64,000 nt of DNA from Flavobacteriales bacterium (GCA_020635715.1 JACJZG010000008.1:91553-155552), one strand, 5' to 3'; shown: positions 10,085 to 18,709, counted from the first letter of the stretch. Notes: a model not told the origin generated them from the letters alone. Translations and numbers: made by a program.

Positions 10085-10233
10085 TGGGGTGCATTGGCGT
10101 CGCCGGTGTGGAGCGTTCGCCCCGTGCGGGGAGGGGAGACCAACGGACAGCTCGTGAAGGGCAGCGTCGTTCCTGCGTTCACCGCTTGTTGGCATGCGTA
10201 TGGAATGATCAGTTGTGAACCAAACCCGAAGAC

Positions 10234-10848
10234 ATGAACGCGCGCATTACGCCCCTACTCCTGGCCTTGACGATCTCGATCACCACTGCCGCACAGGAGT
10301 TCCGCCTGGGCGGTGGGTATACCGGCAGCAACGTGAGCGAAGCCGGTGATGAACAATGGGTGGGGCGCGCCGGTTACCACTTGGGCGCGGACCTTCAACT
10401 GGGACGCACGTGGTTCCTCCGGCCAGGTGTGCACCTGCTTGTGCGCAACCTGAACTATACGCTCGCTGGTGTGGACCAGAACGGCGAACAGATCGGCACC
10501 GATGTCGAATTCCGCTATACGGACCGGTCGCTGCGGATCCCGTTGATGGTGGGTCTCAATTTGATCGACCCTGCCTCGGACCCCGGGGTCAACATCTACG
10601 TTGTAGGCGGTCCCACCGCCCTGCTCAACCTCAACGCCGACCTGCGGAACGACCGACTGGATGTGGAGACCTCTCCCGCGGAATGGTACCTGGGTGCCGG
10701 GGCGGGACTTACGCTTGGCTTCCTCTTCGTGGAGGGGGGCTACCACGTGGCCATGAGCAATGTGTTCGAAGGAGCCCGGTTCGAGACCAACCCGCGTGTC
10801 AACCTCATCAACCTTTCTGCAGGTATCCGCCTGCAACTGGCGAACTAA
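10234..10848 (+). CDS. Small outer-membrane beta-barrel (porin-family) protein
   Basis: Signal peptide MNARITPLLLALTISITTAAQ, followed by alternating hydrophobic strands and Gly/aromatic-rich turns. Confidence 0.7.
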   Translation: MNARITPLLLALTISITTAAQEFRLGGGYTGSNVSEAGDEQWVGRAGYHLGADLQLGRTWFLRPGVHLLVRNLNYTLAGVDQNGEQIGTDVEFRYTDRSLRIPLMVGLNLIDPASDPGVNIYVVGGPTALLNLNADLRNDRLDVETSPAEWYLGAGAGLTLGFLFVEGGYHVAMSNVFEGARFETNPRVNLINLSAGIRLQLAN

Positions 10849-10861
10849 TAACCCCTGCCAC

Positions 10862-11203
10862 ATGTTCACCACTCGTTCATTCCCCCTCCTGCTCTCCATC
10901 TTCCTCACCGCCAATGCGCTCCATGCAGCCCCCGGGGGTGACCGCCATGTCATGATCAACGAGGCAAGACTGCGAACGCTCAGTGCTGATGACCAACGAG
11001 CGGTGCTCGAGTTGCGTGACAGACTTGACGCCGTCCTCGTCACGGATCGGAGCAGCTTGGATCGTTCCGAGCGACAGGAGCTTCGCCATGAATATCGCGC
11101 CTTGAAGAAGGAGATGGATCGCTATAACGCCGGCGGCACGGTGATCTACCTGAGCACGGCAGGGGTCATCATCATCCTGCTGATCCTGATCATTCTGCTG
11201 TAG
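10862..11203 (+). CDS. Hypothetical protein with signal peptide and C-terminal TM anchor
   Basis: Trimmed to MFTTRSFPLLLSIFLTANALHA. The C-terminus is GVIIILLILIILL. Confidence 0.55.
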   Translation: MFTTRSFPLLLSIFLTANALHAAPGGDRHVMINEARLRTLSADDQRAVLELRDRLDAVLVTDRSSLDRSERQELRHEYRALKKEMDRYNAGGTVIYLSTAGVIIILLILIILL

Positions 11204-11477
11204 CGCGTCCTGCCGGTCCAACGGGGGCGGCCAGGGATGGCTGCCCTCGTTCGTGTACCTGCATTTTTCGTCCCATCATATCGCAGGCCTCCTGTCCGAT
11301 CTATTCCACATGATCGGGGATTCCTTTCCACAAATTGGCCGGTGCGCACGGTTCTTCCCGTTGGATCAGAGCCAGTGTTCAACGCGGCATGGTGATCGAT
11401 GCGGTGCTTTCGTTCAAGTGTGGAGGACTGTGAGCCTGCCACATCACAGGTAACTTGGGCCGTCCTACTGAACGGTC

Positions 11478-11852
11478 ATGGAAGAAGAGAAAGTCATGAA
11501 GTACGCGCTGCTGGTGGATGACGAACAGGAGATCTGTGAATTGCTGAGCGCCATGTTGCGACGCACGGGCACACGCTGCACATTCGCCCACAGCCTGGCC
11601 GAAGGCCGGGCCGCCCTGGCGGATGGGGAGTTCGATGCCGTGTTCGTGGACGTGAACCTTCCGGATGGCCTGGGATATGACCTGATCCCCGAAGTGAAGG
11701 CCGCCAAGCCGGATGTGCGCTGTATCGCCATTAGTGCCATGGACTCCGAACGAGGACGCGCTGTGGCCGCCGGCGCCGATGTCTTCATCCCCAAGCCGTT
11801 CAACCGCGAAGCCATCTTCTCCAGTATCCGCGATCTGGGTTTTCAAGCCTGA
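11478..11852 (+). CDS. Stand-alone response-regulator receiver protein (CheY-like)
   Basis: LLVDDE acidic pocket, phospho-acceptor context FVDVNLPD, and conserved Lys in IPKPF. Confidence 0.9.
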   Translation: MEEEKVMKYALLVDDEQEICELLSAMLRRTGTRCTFAHSLAEGRAALADGEFDAVFVDVNLPDGLGYDLIPEVKAAKPDVRCIAISAMDSERGRAVAAGADVFIPKPFNREAIFSSIRDLGFQA

Positions 11853-11882
11853 CCACCTCACCACCTCTAATACCATCGCTGC

Positions 11883-13289
11883 ATGGCCACCGCCCATCTA
11901 CTCGTGATCGATGACGACCAGGACCTTTGCCTCCTCCTTTCGCGCCTGCTGACCAAGAGCGGGTACGAAGTGGCCACGGCCAACCGCGGGGCTGTGGCGC
12001 GTGACCTCATGAGCCGGAAGCGGTTCGATCTGGTCCTTTGCGATCATCGCCTGCCCGATACCGACGCACCCGCCATGCTGGAGCACATCCGTTCCACCTC
12101 GCCGGGCACACAGGTGATCATCATCACCGGTTATTCGGAGGTGCGGCTCGCGGTCGAGTTGATGCGGAAGGGCGCCTTCGACTACATCGGCAAACCCTTG
12201 TTCCCGGATGAACTGCTGATGCGGGTGCAGGATGCCCTGGCCGTCGATACCGCCCCGGAACCACGCGCCAACGGAAAGGATCGGGGCAAGGGCACCAGGT
12301 CCTCCGGCCCGGCCTATGTGGACGGTACCGGCTCGGCCGCACAGCTCATCGTGAAACACATCGGTCTTGTGGCCCCCACGGACATGTCCGTGCTGATCAC
12401 CGGCGAGACCGGCACCGGAAAAGAGTTCGCGGCGAAACGCATCCATGCGGAAAGCACCCGTTCCGGAGCGCCCTTCGTGTCAGTGGACTGTGGTGCCCTC
12501 CCAAAGGAACTGGCCGGCAGTGAGCTCTTCGGGCATACCAAGGGCTCCTTCACGGGTGCTGTGAGCGACCGCGCGGGCAGCTTTGAACAAGCCGACGGTG
12601 GCACGCTCTTCCTGGATGAGGTGGGCAACCTTTCCTATGAGAACCAGATCAAGTTGCTGCGCGTGCTGCAGGAAAGGAAGTTCAAACGTATCGGCGGCAC
12701 CAAGGACATCGAGGTGGATGTGCGCATCCTGGCCGCCACCAATGAGGATCTGCGCAAGGCGGTGGCCGAAGGCCGTTTCCGCGAGGACCTGCTCCATCGG
12801 ATCCAGGAGTTCACCATCCATCTCCCGCCCTTGCGTGAGCGCCGCGAGGACATCCCACGTTTCGCCGAACACTTCATCGCCCTGGCCAATGAACGGCTCG
12901 GTCGCCAGGTGGAGGGTTTCGATGACGCGGCCTTGAAGCACATACTGGACCACGGATGGAGCGGCAACCTGCGCGAGCTGGGCAATGTGATCAAACGCGC
13001 TGTGCTGCTGAGCACAGGTCCGCGGATCACCCCCGATTGCCTCCCGGCCGTGGTGCTGAGCGGGGCAGCCGTGCCGCGTACCTCCAACACGGTCGAGGCC
13101 AGTGCGCGTTCCCCCCAGGATGCCCAGGGGGCTGAAGGCCTGAAAGGCGTGGCCCACCAGGCGGAACGGGAGGCGATCCTGCAAGCCCTGGAGCGTAACG
13201 GCTACAACAAGTCCCGTACGGCGGAGCAACTGAACATCGATCGGAAGACGCTGTACAACAAGCTGAAGTCCTTCGGTCTGGAGGTCTGA
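11883..13289 (+). CDS. Sigma-54-dependent response regulator (NtrC family bacterial enhancer-binding protein)
   Basis: Receiver domain (VIDDD, LCDHRLPD). AAA+ domain with GETGTGKE, the GSFTGA (GAFTGA-type) loop and LFLDEV. C-terminal Fis-type HTH (RTAEQLNIDRKTLYNKLK). Confidence 0.93.
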   Translation: MATAHLLVIDDDQDLCLLLSRLLTKSGYEVATANRGAVARDLMSRKRFDLVLCDHRLPDTDAPAMLEHIRSTSPGTQVIIITGYSEVRLAVELMRKGAFDYIGKPLFPDELLMRVQDALAVDTAPEPRANGKDRGKGTRSSGPAYVDGTGSAAQLIVKHIGLVAPTDMSVLITGETGTGKEFAAKRIHAESTRSGAPFVSVDCGALPKELAGSELFGHTKGSFTGAVSDRAGSFEQADGGTLFLDEVGNLSYENQIKLLRVLQERKFKRIGGTKDIEVDVRILAATNEDLRKAVAEGRFREDLLHRIQEFTIHLPPLRERREDIPRFAEHFIALANERLGRQVEGFDDAALKHILDHGWSGNLRELGNVIKRAVLLSTGPRITPDCLPAVVLSGAAVPRTSNTVEASARSPQDAQGAEGLKGVAHQAEREAILQALERNGYNKSRTAEQLNIDRKTLYNKLKSFGLEV

Positions 13290-13322
13290 CCATCGACCGA
13301 TCACCCCCACCAGCACGGAACC

Positions 13323-15098
13323 ATGGAGGAACTGCGCAAGGACCGCGAGGAGCGCAGGCTCACCACCATGCTCTACATCGCCGCCATGGCGGTGCTGCTG
13401 GCCCTGCTCTATGCCACCTATCGCAACATCCGCACCTATTCCAATACCGTGGCGGAGGTGCGCTCACACAACACCGCGCTGCTTGAACTGGAGGGCCTCC
13501 TTTCCAGCCTGCGTGACGCGGAAACGGGCGTCCGTGGCTTCCAGCTCACCAATGACACCTCCTTCCTGGAGCCCTACCGACAGGCCAACAGGAGGATACG
13601 CGACCATTCGGCGAGACTGGGCCTCCATCAATTGAACAGGGCCGACTCCGCTGGCCTCGGCGAACTGCGCAGATTGTCCGGTGAACTGGGGGAGCTGTGG
13701 CGGAGCATGGTGTTCAACAACGCGAACGCCATCGTCAGAAGTCCTTCCATGGTCTACGACATGCGTGTGGCGAAATCCTACATGGATTCGATCCGGACAG
13801 TGCATGATGGTCTTGTCGATGACCGGACACGGCGCCGCGATGACCTGCTGGACCGGGAGCGGGAAGAGGGTGTGGATGCGCCGTTCATGCTCGTGATCTA
13901 TTCGTTGCTGGCCCTCTTCGCCACCGCCTTGATGTTCTGGCGGCTCACACGTACCCTTCGCTTCAACGAGGAGGTGCGTGTGGCACTGCGGAGCAAGGTG
14001 AGGGCCCTGGACCACGAAGTGACGCAGCGGGCCAGGTTGCAGAACCAGCTGCAGCAGGTGCTCGATGTTTCCCCCAGCGGCATCATGGCCTTCCGTTCCA
14101 TCCGTGACAGTGCGGGCGTCATCATCGACTTCGAATGGCTGAGCTCCAACCGCACGGCCAACGCCACCATCGGACGCACGGATCTGGTGGGCAAGAGGCT
14201 CCTGGAGGAGATGCCGGAGAACCGCTCTCATGGCCTCTTCGACGACTATGTGCGGACCGTTGAACAGGGAACCCCTTCGGTGAAGGAGTTCCAGTACACC
14301 GGATCGGGCCTCAACAACTGGTTCCGCCACCATGCCGTGAAGCTGGATGATGGGTTCATGGTCATGTTCAGCGACATCACCGACCAGAAGCGCGCGGAGA
14401 TGATCAACCAGGAAACGGACCGGCTGGAACTGACCGCACAACTCACGCGCACCGTGGCGCACGAGGTCCGGAACCCGCTGACCAACATCCACCTGGCGCT
14501 GGAACAGATCCAGGATGAGATGGAGGGTAAGGAGGAGGAGGTCAAGCCCTATTTCGCCATCGTTGACCGCAACCTCAAACGTATCGGCACCCTGATCAAG
14601 GAGATGCTTGAATCGTCCCGTAAGCGGGAGCTCAACCTGGCCTCCTGGCGGATGGTGGATATCGTGGATGGTGTGGTGAAGACCATCGGCGATCGCCTCG
14701 CCCTGCGGGAGATGGGCCATCTGGTCGAGATCGCCGAGGACCTTCCCGTGGTGATGGTGGACCATGAACTGATCAACCTGGCGCTCACGAACATCGCCGT
14801 GAATGCCGTGGAGGCCATGGAACCCGGCAAGGGCCTGCTGCGCTTCACAGTCACCAGGGATACCGATGCCGTCATCCTGTCCATGTCGGACAATGGCAAG
14901 GGCATCTCCCCGGAGAACCTGCAACGCCTGTTCGAGCCCTTCTACAGCGGCCGACCCGGCGGATTGGGGCTGGGGCTTACCACCGCCCGAAGCATCCTCC
15001 ACAGCCACGGTATCCACCTGGATGTGAGCAGTACGGTAGGTGAGGGGACCACCTTCGCGCTCTGGTTCCCCCTGGCGGGCCTGGCACCCATGACCTGA
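13323..15098 (+). CDS. Sensor histidine kinase with CHASE3-like sensor, PAS, HisKA and HATPase domains
   Basis: TM segment, then a CHASE3-like region (LRDAETGVRGFQLTNDTSFLEPY), a second TM and a PAS-like segment. H-box VAHEVRNPL. ATPase boxes DNGKGI and GGLGLGL. Confidence 0.9.
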   Translation: MEELRKDREERRLTTMLYIAAMAVLLALLYATYRNIRTYSNTVAEVRSHNTALLELEGLLSSLRDAETGVRGFQLTNDTSFLEPYRQANRRIRDHSARLGLHQLNRADSAGLGELRRLSGELGELWRSMVFNNANAIVRSPSMVYDMRVAKSYMDSIRTVHDGLVDDRTRRRDDLLDREREEGVDAPFMLVIYSLLALFATALMFWRLTRTLRFNEEVRVALRSKVRALDHEVTQRARLQNQLQQVLDVSPSGIMAFRSIRDSAGVIIDFEWLSSNRTANATIGRTDLVGKRLLEEMPENRSHGLFDDYVRTVEQGTPSVKEFQYTGSGLNNWFRHHAVKLDDGFMVMFSDITDQKRAEMINQETDRLELTAQLTRTVAHEVRNPLTNIHLALEQIQDEMEGKEEEVKPYFAIVDRNLKRIGTLIKEMLESSRKRELNLASWRMVDIVDGVVKTIGDRLALREMGHLVEIAEDLPVVMVDHELINLALTNIAVNAVEAMEPGKGLLRFTVTRDTDAVILSMSDNGKGISPENLQRLFEPFYSGRPGGLGLGLTTARSILHSHGIHLDVSSTVGEGTTFALWFPLAGLAPMT

Positions 15099-15114
15099 CC
15101 CGCTCCATCGCCCG

Positions 15115-15144
15115 CTGTAACTTCCCGGCGACCACCCCGTCCTA
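15115..15144 (+). promoter_or_regulatory. ECF-type promoter P1 (TGTAAC-N16-CGTCCTAT) upstream of the ECF sigma gene
   Basis: The sequence is tGTAACttcccggcgaccacccCGTCCTAT. It has an AAC-containing -35, a CGT-containing -10 and a 16-nt spacer, and lies 26 nt before the ATG at 15170. It is near-identical to the site at 17585. Confidence 0.6.
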
Positions 15145-15169
15145 TCGGTACAACGGGTTCCCTCTCCCG

Positions 15170-15655
15170 ATGACCTTGGCCGAATACAATAGCGCAGTGG
15201 ACCTGCACGCCGATGGCATCTATCGGTTCGCCCTCAAGCACCTGCGCGATGAGGATCGGGCCAAGGACGTGGTCCAGGAGAGCTTCGCACGCCTCTGGAC
15301 CCGACTGGAGCAGGTGGAGGGCGCCAAGGCGAAGAGCTACCTCTTCACCACCGCGCATCATGTGATGGTGGATGAGGTGAGGAAGGACAAGCGCAGCACA
15401 CGGATGGAGGAACACCACGCGGATATCAGGCACACGAGCCAGCAACAGCCGGACCTGAAAGAGGTGCTGGACGCGGCGCTCGCCACCCTGCCCGCCATCC
15501 AACGCAGTGTGGTGCTCCTGCGCGATCTGGAAGGATATACCTACGAGGAGATCGCTGAACTCACCGGACTGAACCTGCCCCAGGTGAAGGTGTACATCTA
15601 CCGTGGACGCATCGCACTGAAGGAATACATCGGTCAACTGGACCTTGTTCTGTGA
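15170..15655 (+). CDS. ECF RNA polymerase sigma factor
   Basis: 161 aa with region 2 (DVVQESFARLW) and region 4 (LRDLEGYTYEEIAELTGLNLPQVKVYIYRGR). Confidence 0.92.
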   Translation: MTLAEYNSAVDLHADGIYRFALKHLRDEDRAKDVVQESFARLWTRLEQVEGAKAKSYLFTTAHHVMVDEVRKDKRSTRMEEHHADIRHTSQQQPDLKEVLDAALATLPAIQRSVVLLRDLEGYTYEEIAELTGLNLPQVKVYIYRGRIALKEYIGQLDLVL

Positions 15656-17004
15656 ACGAACGGATCGACCATAACAACTACGAGGCCTGGCTGTTGGATC
15701 GGCTGGAGGGTCAGCTCACGCCCGAACAGGAACGCGAGCTGGACGCCTTTCTGCTGGAGCATCCCGAGCTCGCTTCGTGTGATGACGAACTTCCGGTGGT
15801 GGATCCTGTGAGCGGCACCATGTCCACCTTGGATAAGGACCTGTTGAAGCGTTCCATTCCGCCCGTGGGAATGGTCGATGACAGGCATGTGGAGGATCAC
15901 CTCATCGCGCGCCTGCAGGGTGATCTGGACGTGGCGCAGCTGGAGGCTCTTCGTTCCTACCTCGTGGCTCATCCGGAGTGGCAGCGCGCTGACAGGACCT
16001 ATGCGCTCACCAAGTTGGTCCCTGAGGCGGTGGCCTTCTTCGGCAAGCAGGAGCTGGTCCGGCATCTTCCACCGCAAGGTCTGGTGAACGCTTTCACGGT
16101 CGATGACCACCTCATCGCGCGCCTCGAAGGGGAGCTTTCCGCAGAACAAGCCGCTGCGTTGAACCGCTTCCTGGAGGCGCATCCGGCCTTCCGGCGGAAT
16201 GAAGCACTGATCAATGCGACGCGTACCACGCCGGGATCGGTCGTGTATGTGGACAAGGCTTCGCTGAAGAAGAAGGAGGGCCGTGTGATCGCGTTCCGCA
16301 TGCCACGTCCCGCGACGAGCTGGGCTGCTGCGGCGACCGTGGCCCTGCTCATCGTCCTTGGTCTGGTGCTGCGCGACAAGTCCTCCGATGCGCCGGACCG
16401 CTTCGCACGGGTGCCGCACAGCAGGCCGGAGCAACGGGCGGTAGTGGCGCCGGAAGCCTCGTTGGACAACGCGAAGGTGGAACAGGCGATCGTGGATCGT
16501 GATACGGCACCTGCCGAGGTGAACGCGCCAGCCAGGGAGTCGCGCAAGGAGGTTCCGGCTCCCAGCAACGGACCAGGAACCGAACGATCGAAGCAGGTGG
16601 TCCCGATCGACCCTGTAGAGCAACCGATGATCGCAGGAACACAGGGCTCGAACGGCCCAACGGAAGAGGAAGGACCAGCGCAGGAGCGGGTGGAAGCGCC
16701 CGAAGAGAAGCCTTTGTTCGCCGAGGTCGATCAACGTCCAGAACGGGTGAACACCACTCACCGATCGGAGGAGCGCACGGTGGGTGAGCTGCTCGCAAGC
16801 ACCCTGCGCGAAAGGTTGCTCGACACGCCCGCCCGCACCGAAGCGCCATTGGACGGAGCTGATGCCGTGGCCGCGGTGGACCGCACCTTGAAAGCGGTGA
16901 GCGGTGATCGTGGAGGCCTCGAACTGCAGCGCCGCAAGAACGGTGGCGTACGCGGTTTCGACCTGCGCCTGGGCCGCAACTTCACCATCAGCGCCAGCCG
17001 CTGA
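15652..17004 (+). CDS. Putative anti-sigma factor with triplicated N-terminal module and one TM segment
   Basis: The GTG start overlaps the sigma gene stop (GTGA). Three 70-aa-spaced motifs are present (LLDRLEGQLTPEQERELDAFLLEHPE, LIARLQGDLDVAQLEALRSYLVAHPE, LIARLEGELSAEQAAALNRFLEAHPA). A TM segment (WAAAATVALLIVLGLVL) is followed by a Pro/Glu-rich C-terminal half. Confidence 0.7.
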   Translation: MNERIDHNNYEAWLLDRLEGQLTPEQERELDAFLLEHPELASCDDELPVVDPVSGTMSTLDKDLLKRSIPPVGMVDDRHVEDHLIARLQGDLDVAQLEALRSYLVAHPEWQRADRTYALTKLVPEAVAFFGKQELVRHLPPQGLVNAFTVDDHLIARLEGELSAEQAAALNRFLEAHPAFRRNEALINATRTTPGSVVYVDKASLKKKEGRVIAFRMPRPATSWAAAATVALLIVLGLVLRDKSSDAPDRFARVPHSRPEQRAVVAPEASLDNAKVEQAIVDRDTAPAEVNAPARESRKEVPAPSNGPGTERSKQVVPIDPVEQPMIAGTQGSNGPTEEEGPAQERVEAPEEKPLFAEVDQRPERVNTTHRSEERTVGELLASTLRERLLDTPARTEAPLDGADAVAAVDRTLKAVSGDRGGLELQRRKNGGVRGFDLRLGRNFTISASR

Positions 17005-17088
17005 TCCGGCCGCCGTTCGCTGATCGCTGGCCAACGCATCCGTTCATCCCGTCAAGCAAGCCGCTCATCACGATCAGCGGATGCGATC

Positions 17089-17118
17089 GTAACAAGGCGT
17101 GGGGTCAAGGCGTCTTAT
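17089..17118 (+). promoter_or_regulatory. ECF-type promoter P3 (GTAAC-N17-CGTCTTAT) upstream of the TonB-C-like gene
   Basis: The sequence is GTAACaaggcgtggggtcaaggCGTCTTAT, ending 30 nt before the ATG at 17148. Confidence 0.45.
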
Positions 17119-17147
17119 GGACAAACAGCAACGAACACCACACTGCC

Positions 17148-17519
17148 ATGAGAACCGTGATATCCCGCTCGCTCTTCCTGCTCGCCACCGTATTCACCCT
17201 CGGGTACGCCCGCGCTGCTGAACCGGTCCGGATGAAGCCGCTCACGAAGAGGTCGACCCTGGAGCGCACCCTGGACCGCGCCTTGAGCAATACCCTTGCC
17301 TATCCGCTGCTGGCCAAGGACGATATGACCGGCGAAGTGTACGTGAGCTTCGTGATCAACAAGGAGGGCCGGATCGAAGTGATCGATGCCAGCTCGCCGA
17401 ATGAGGAACTGAAGGCCTATGTGCTCCGCAAGCTTGCCCGGATCGACATCGGCGACAACCCGGACGGCAGCTGGAAGACCACCCACATGGTATTCAACTT
17501 CCGGCCCGAGAAGGTCTGA
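17148..17519 (+). CDS. Small secreted TonB C-terminal-domain-like protein
   Basis: Signal peptide MRTVISRSLFLLATVFTLGYARA. TonB_C-like pattern AYPLLAKDDMTGEVYVSFVINKEGRIEVIDASSPNEELKAYVLRKL. Confidence 0.65.
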   Translation: MRTVISRSLFLLATVFTLGYARAAEPVRMKPLTKRSTLERTLDRALSNTLAYPLLAKDDMTGEVYVSFVINKEGRIEVIDASSPNEELKAYVLRKLARIDIGDNPDGSWKTTHMVFNFRPEKV

Positions 17520-17544
17520 CCCCCGACCACCACACGCGCAATGG

Positions 17545-17575
17545 AGCCCCGGAACACGGGGCTTCTTGCTTTTTC
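17545..17575 (+). terminator. Hairpin plus T-rich tail after the TonB-C-like gene
   Basis: agccccg-gaaca-cggggct, followed by tcttgcttttt. Confidence 0.55.
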
Positions 17576-17584
17576 GGCGTTTCC

Positions 17585-17614
17585 TGTAACTCTGTCCATG
17601 GCTGTCCGTCCTAT
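17585..17614 (+). promoter_or_regulatory. ECF-type promoter P2 (TGTAAC-N16-CGTCCTAT) upstream of the OMP gene
   Basis: The sequence is tGTAACtctgtccatggctgtcCGTCCTAT, ending 19 nt before the ATG at 17633. It has the same -35 and -10 blocks and the same spacer length as P1. Confidence 0.6.
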
Positions 17615-17632
17615 GAACAGAACCCCACGACC

Positions 17633-18634
17633 ATGAAGAAGCAGATCCTCGTCCTGGCCATGCTCTCCGGATCCATTGGTGGATCAGCCCAGACCGACAG
17701 CACCGAAGTCCCGAGCACGCATCGCCTTGAGCTGGGTGTGAATTCCAAGGAAGGTGGTTACGCCCGCATCGCCAACGATCCGGATTCCACCGACAAGCCG
17801 AGTCCTTTCGTGATCACCACCAAGCGCAAGAAGATCACGATATCCACCGAGGATCGCGACTGGATCTCCCAGGAGGACAGCGTGCAGGATGTGCTGAAGG
17901 AACTGCGCAAGGAGCGCCGCAACCAGTTCACCTACTGGAGCGGTGTGGATGTCGGTTTCAACGCGCTACTCGGCCCCGATAACAGCGGTGACTTCCCGCG
18001 CGAGTTCGACTTCCTGCAACTGGACCAGGCGCGTTCGCGCTTCGTGTCCATCAACTTCATGGAACAGAAGATCGAGTTCGGTTCGCACCATGTCGGACTG
18101 CTCACCGGGCTTGGCTGGGAGTTCACCAACTATCGTTTCAAGGAGAACAGCATCATGAACTTCGAGGGTGACACCATCACCGCCTTCGCGGTGGATCAGC
18201 CGCAGTTCATCAAGAGCAAGTTGCGCCAGAGCGGCTTCCGCGTTCCGCTGATGCTGGAGTTCAACACCAAGCGCGCCAAGATGCCGACCACGGAGGAGGT
18301 CATCGCCGCCGCTGCAGACACCGTCGGCGGCAAGGAACCGCGCACCTTCAAGTTCACCAACAAGAAGAACTTCCACCTGGCCGCCGGTGTGGTGGGCACC
18401 TGGTACTACGACAGCATGTACAAGCAGAAGTACCGGATGGATGGCAGCATCCAGAAGGACATCGACAAGGGCGAGCACCAGGTACTGCCCTACCGCCTGG
18501 CCGCGTCGGCGCGGATCGGATATGGCGGCCTCAACCTCTTCGCGGAGTATGCGCTCACACCGCTGTTCAAGGAACATATCACACCGGAGCTCACTCCTTT
18601 CAACGTGGGCCTCACGATCATCGGGTTCAACTAG
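17633..18634 (+). CDS. Outer-membrane beta-barrel-like protein, unknown function
   Basis: Signal peptide MKKQILVLAMLSGSIGGSAQ. The C-terminal half has alternating strands and ends in FNVGLTIIGFN. Confidence 0.7.
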   Translation: MKKQILVLAMLSGSIGGSAQTDSTEVPSTHRLELGVNSKEGGYARIANDPDSTDKPSPFVITTKRKKITISTEDRDWISQEDSVQDVLKELRKERRNQFTYWSGVDVGFNALLGPDNSGDFPREFDFLQLDQARSRFVSINFMEQKIEFGSHHVGLLTGLGWEFTNYRFKENSIMNFEGDTITAFAVDQPQFIKSKLRQSGFRVPLMLEFNTKRAKMPTTEEVIAAAADTVGGKEPRTFKFTNKKNFHLAAGVVGTWYYDSMYKQKYRMDGSIQKDIDKGEHQVLPYRLAASARIGYGGLNLFAEYALTPLFKEHITPELTPFNVGLTIIGFN

Positions 18635-18681
18635 CGCATCGGTCAACCGCTACGCGCTACGAGGGGTTGTACCCGAGGTGG

Positions 18682-18709
18682 AAGGGCTGCTTCGAAAGAG
18701 GCGGCCCTT
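18682..18709 (+). terminator. Hairpin after the OMP gene
   Basis: aagggctgc-ttcgaaagag-gcggccctt forms a 9-bp stem including one G-U pair. Confidence 0.4.

Noticed and set aside
9721-10182. A minus-strand 153-aa ORF competing with the plus-strand 9557..10084 call.
   Set aside because: Its product is Arg/Ser/Ala/Pro-rich. The plus-strand frame has the G/C third-position bias and a more protein-like composition. The plus-strand call is still only moderate in confidence.
10190-10205. A sigma-54-like TTGGCATGCGTATGGAA upstream of the OMP gene at 10234.
   Set aside because: The -24 half is good, but the -12 position reads TGGA where TTGC is expected, so there is no GC dinucleotide at the required spacing.
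11450-11467. A fourth occurrence of the ECF -10 block (CCGTCCTA) just upstream of the receiver gene at 11478.
   Set aside because: The nearest GTAAC is only 6 nt upstream of the CGTC box, where 16-17 nt is required, and there is no AAC at the correct -35 distance. I mention it under the ECF finding but do not call it a promoter.
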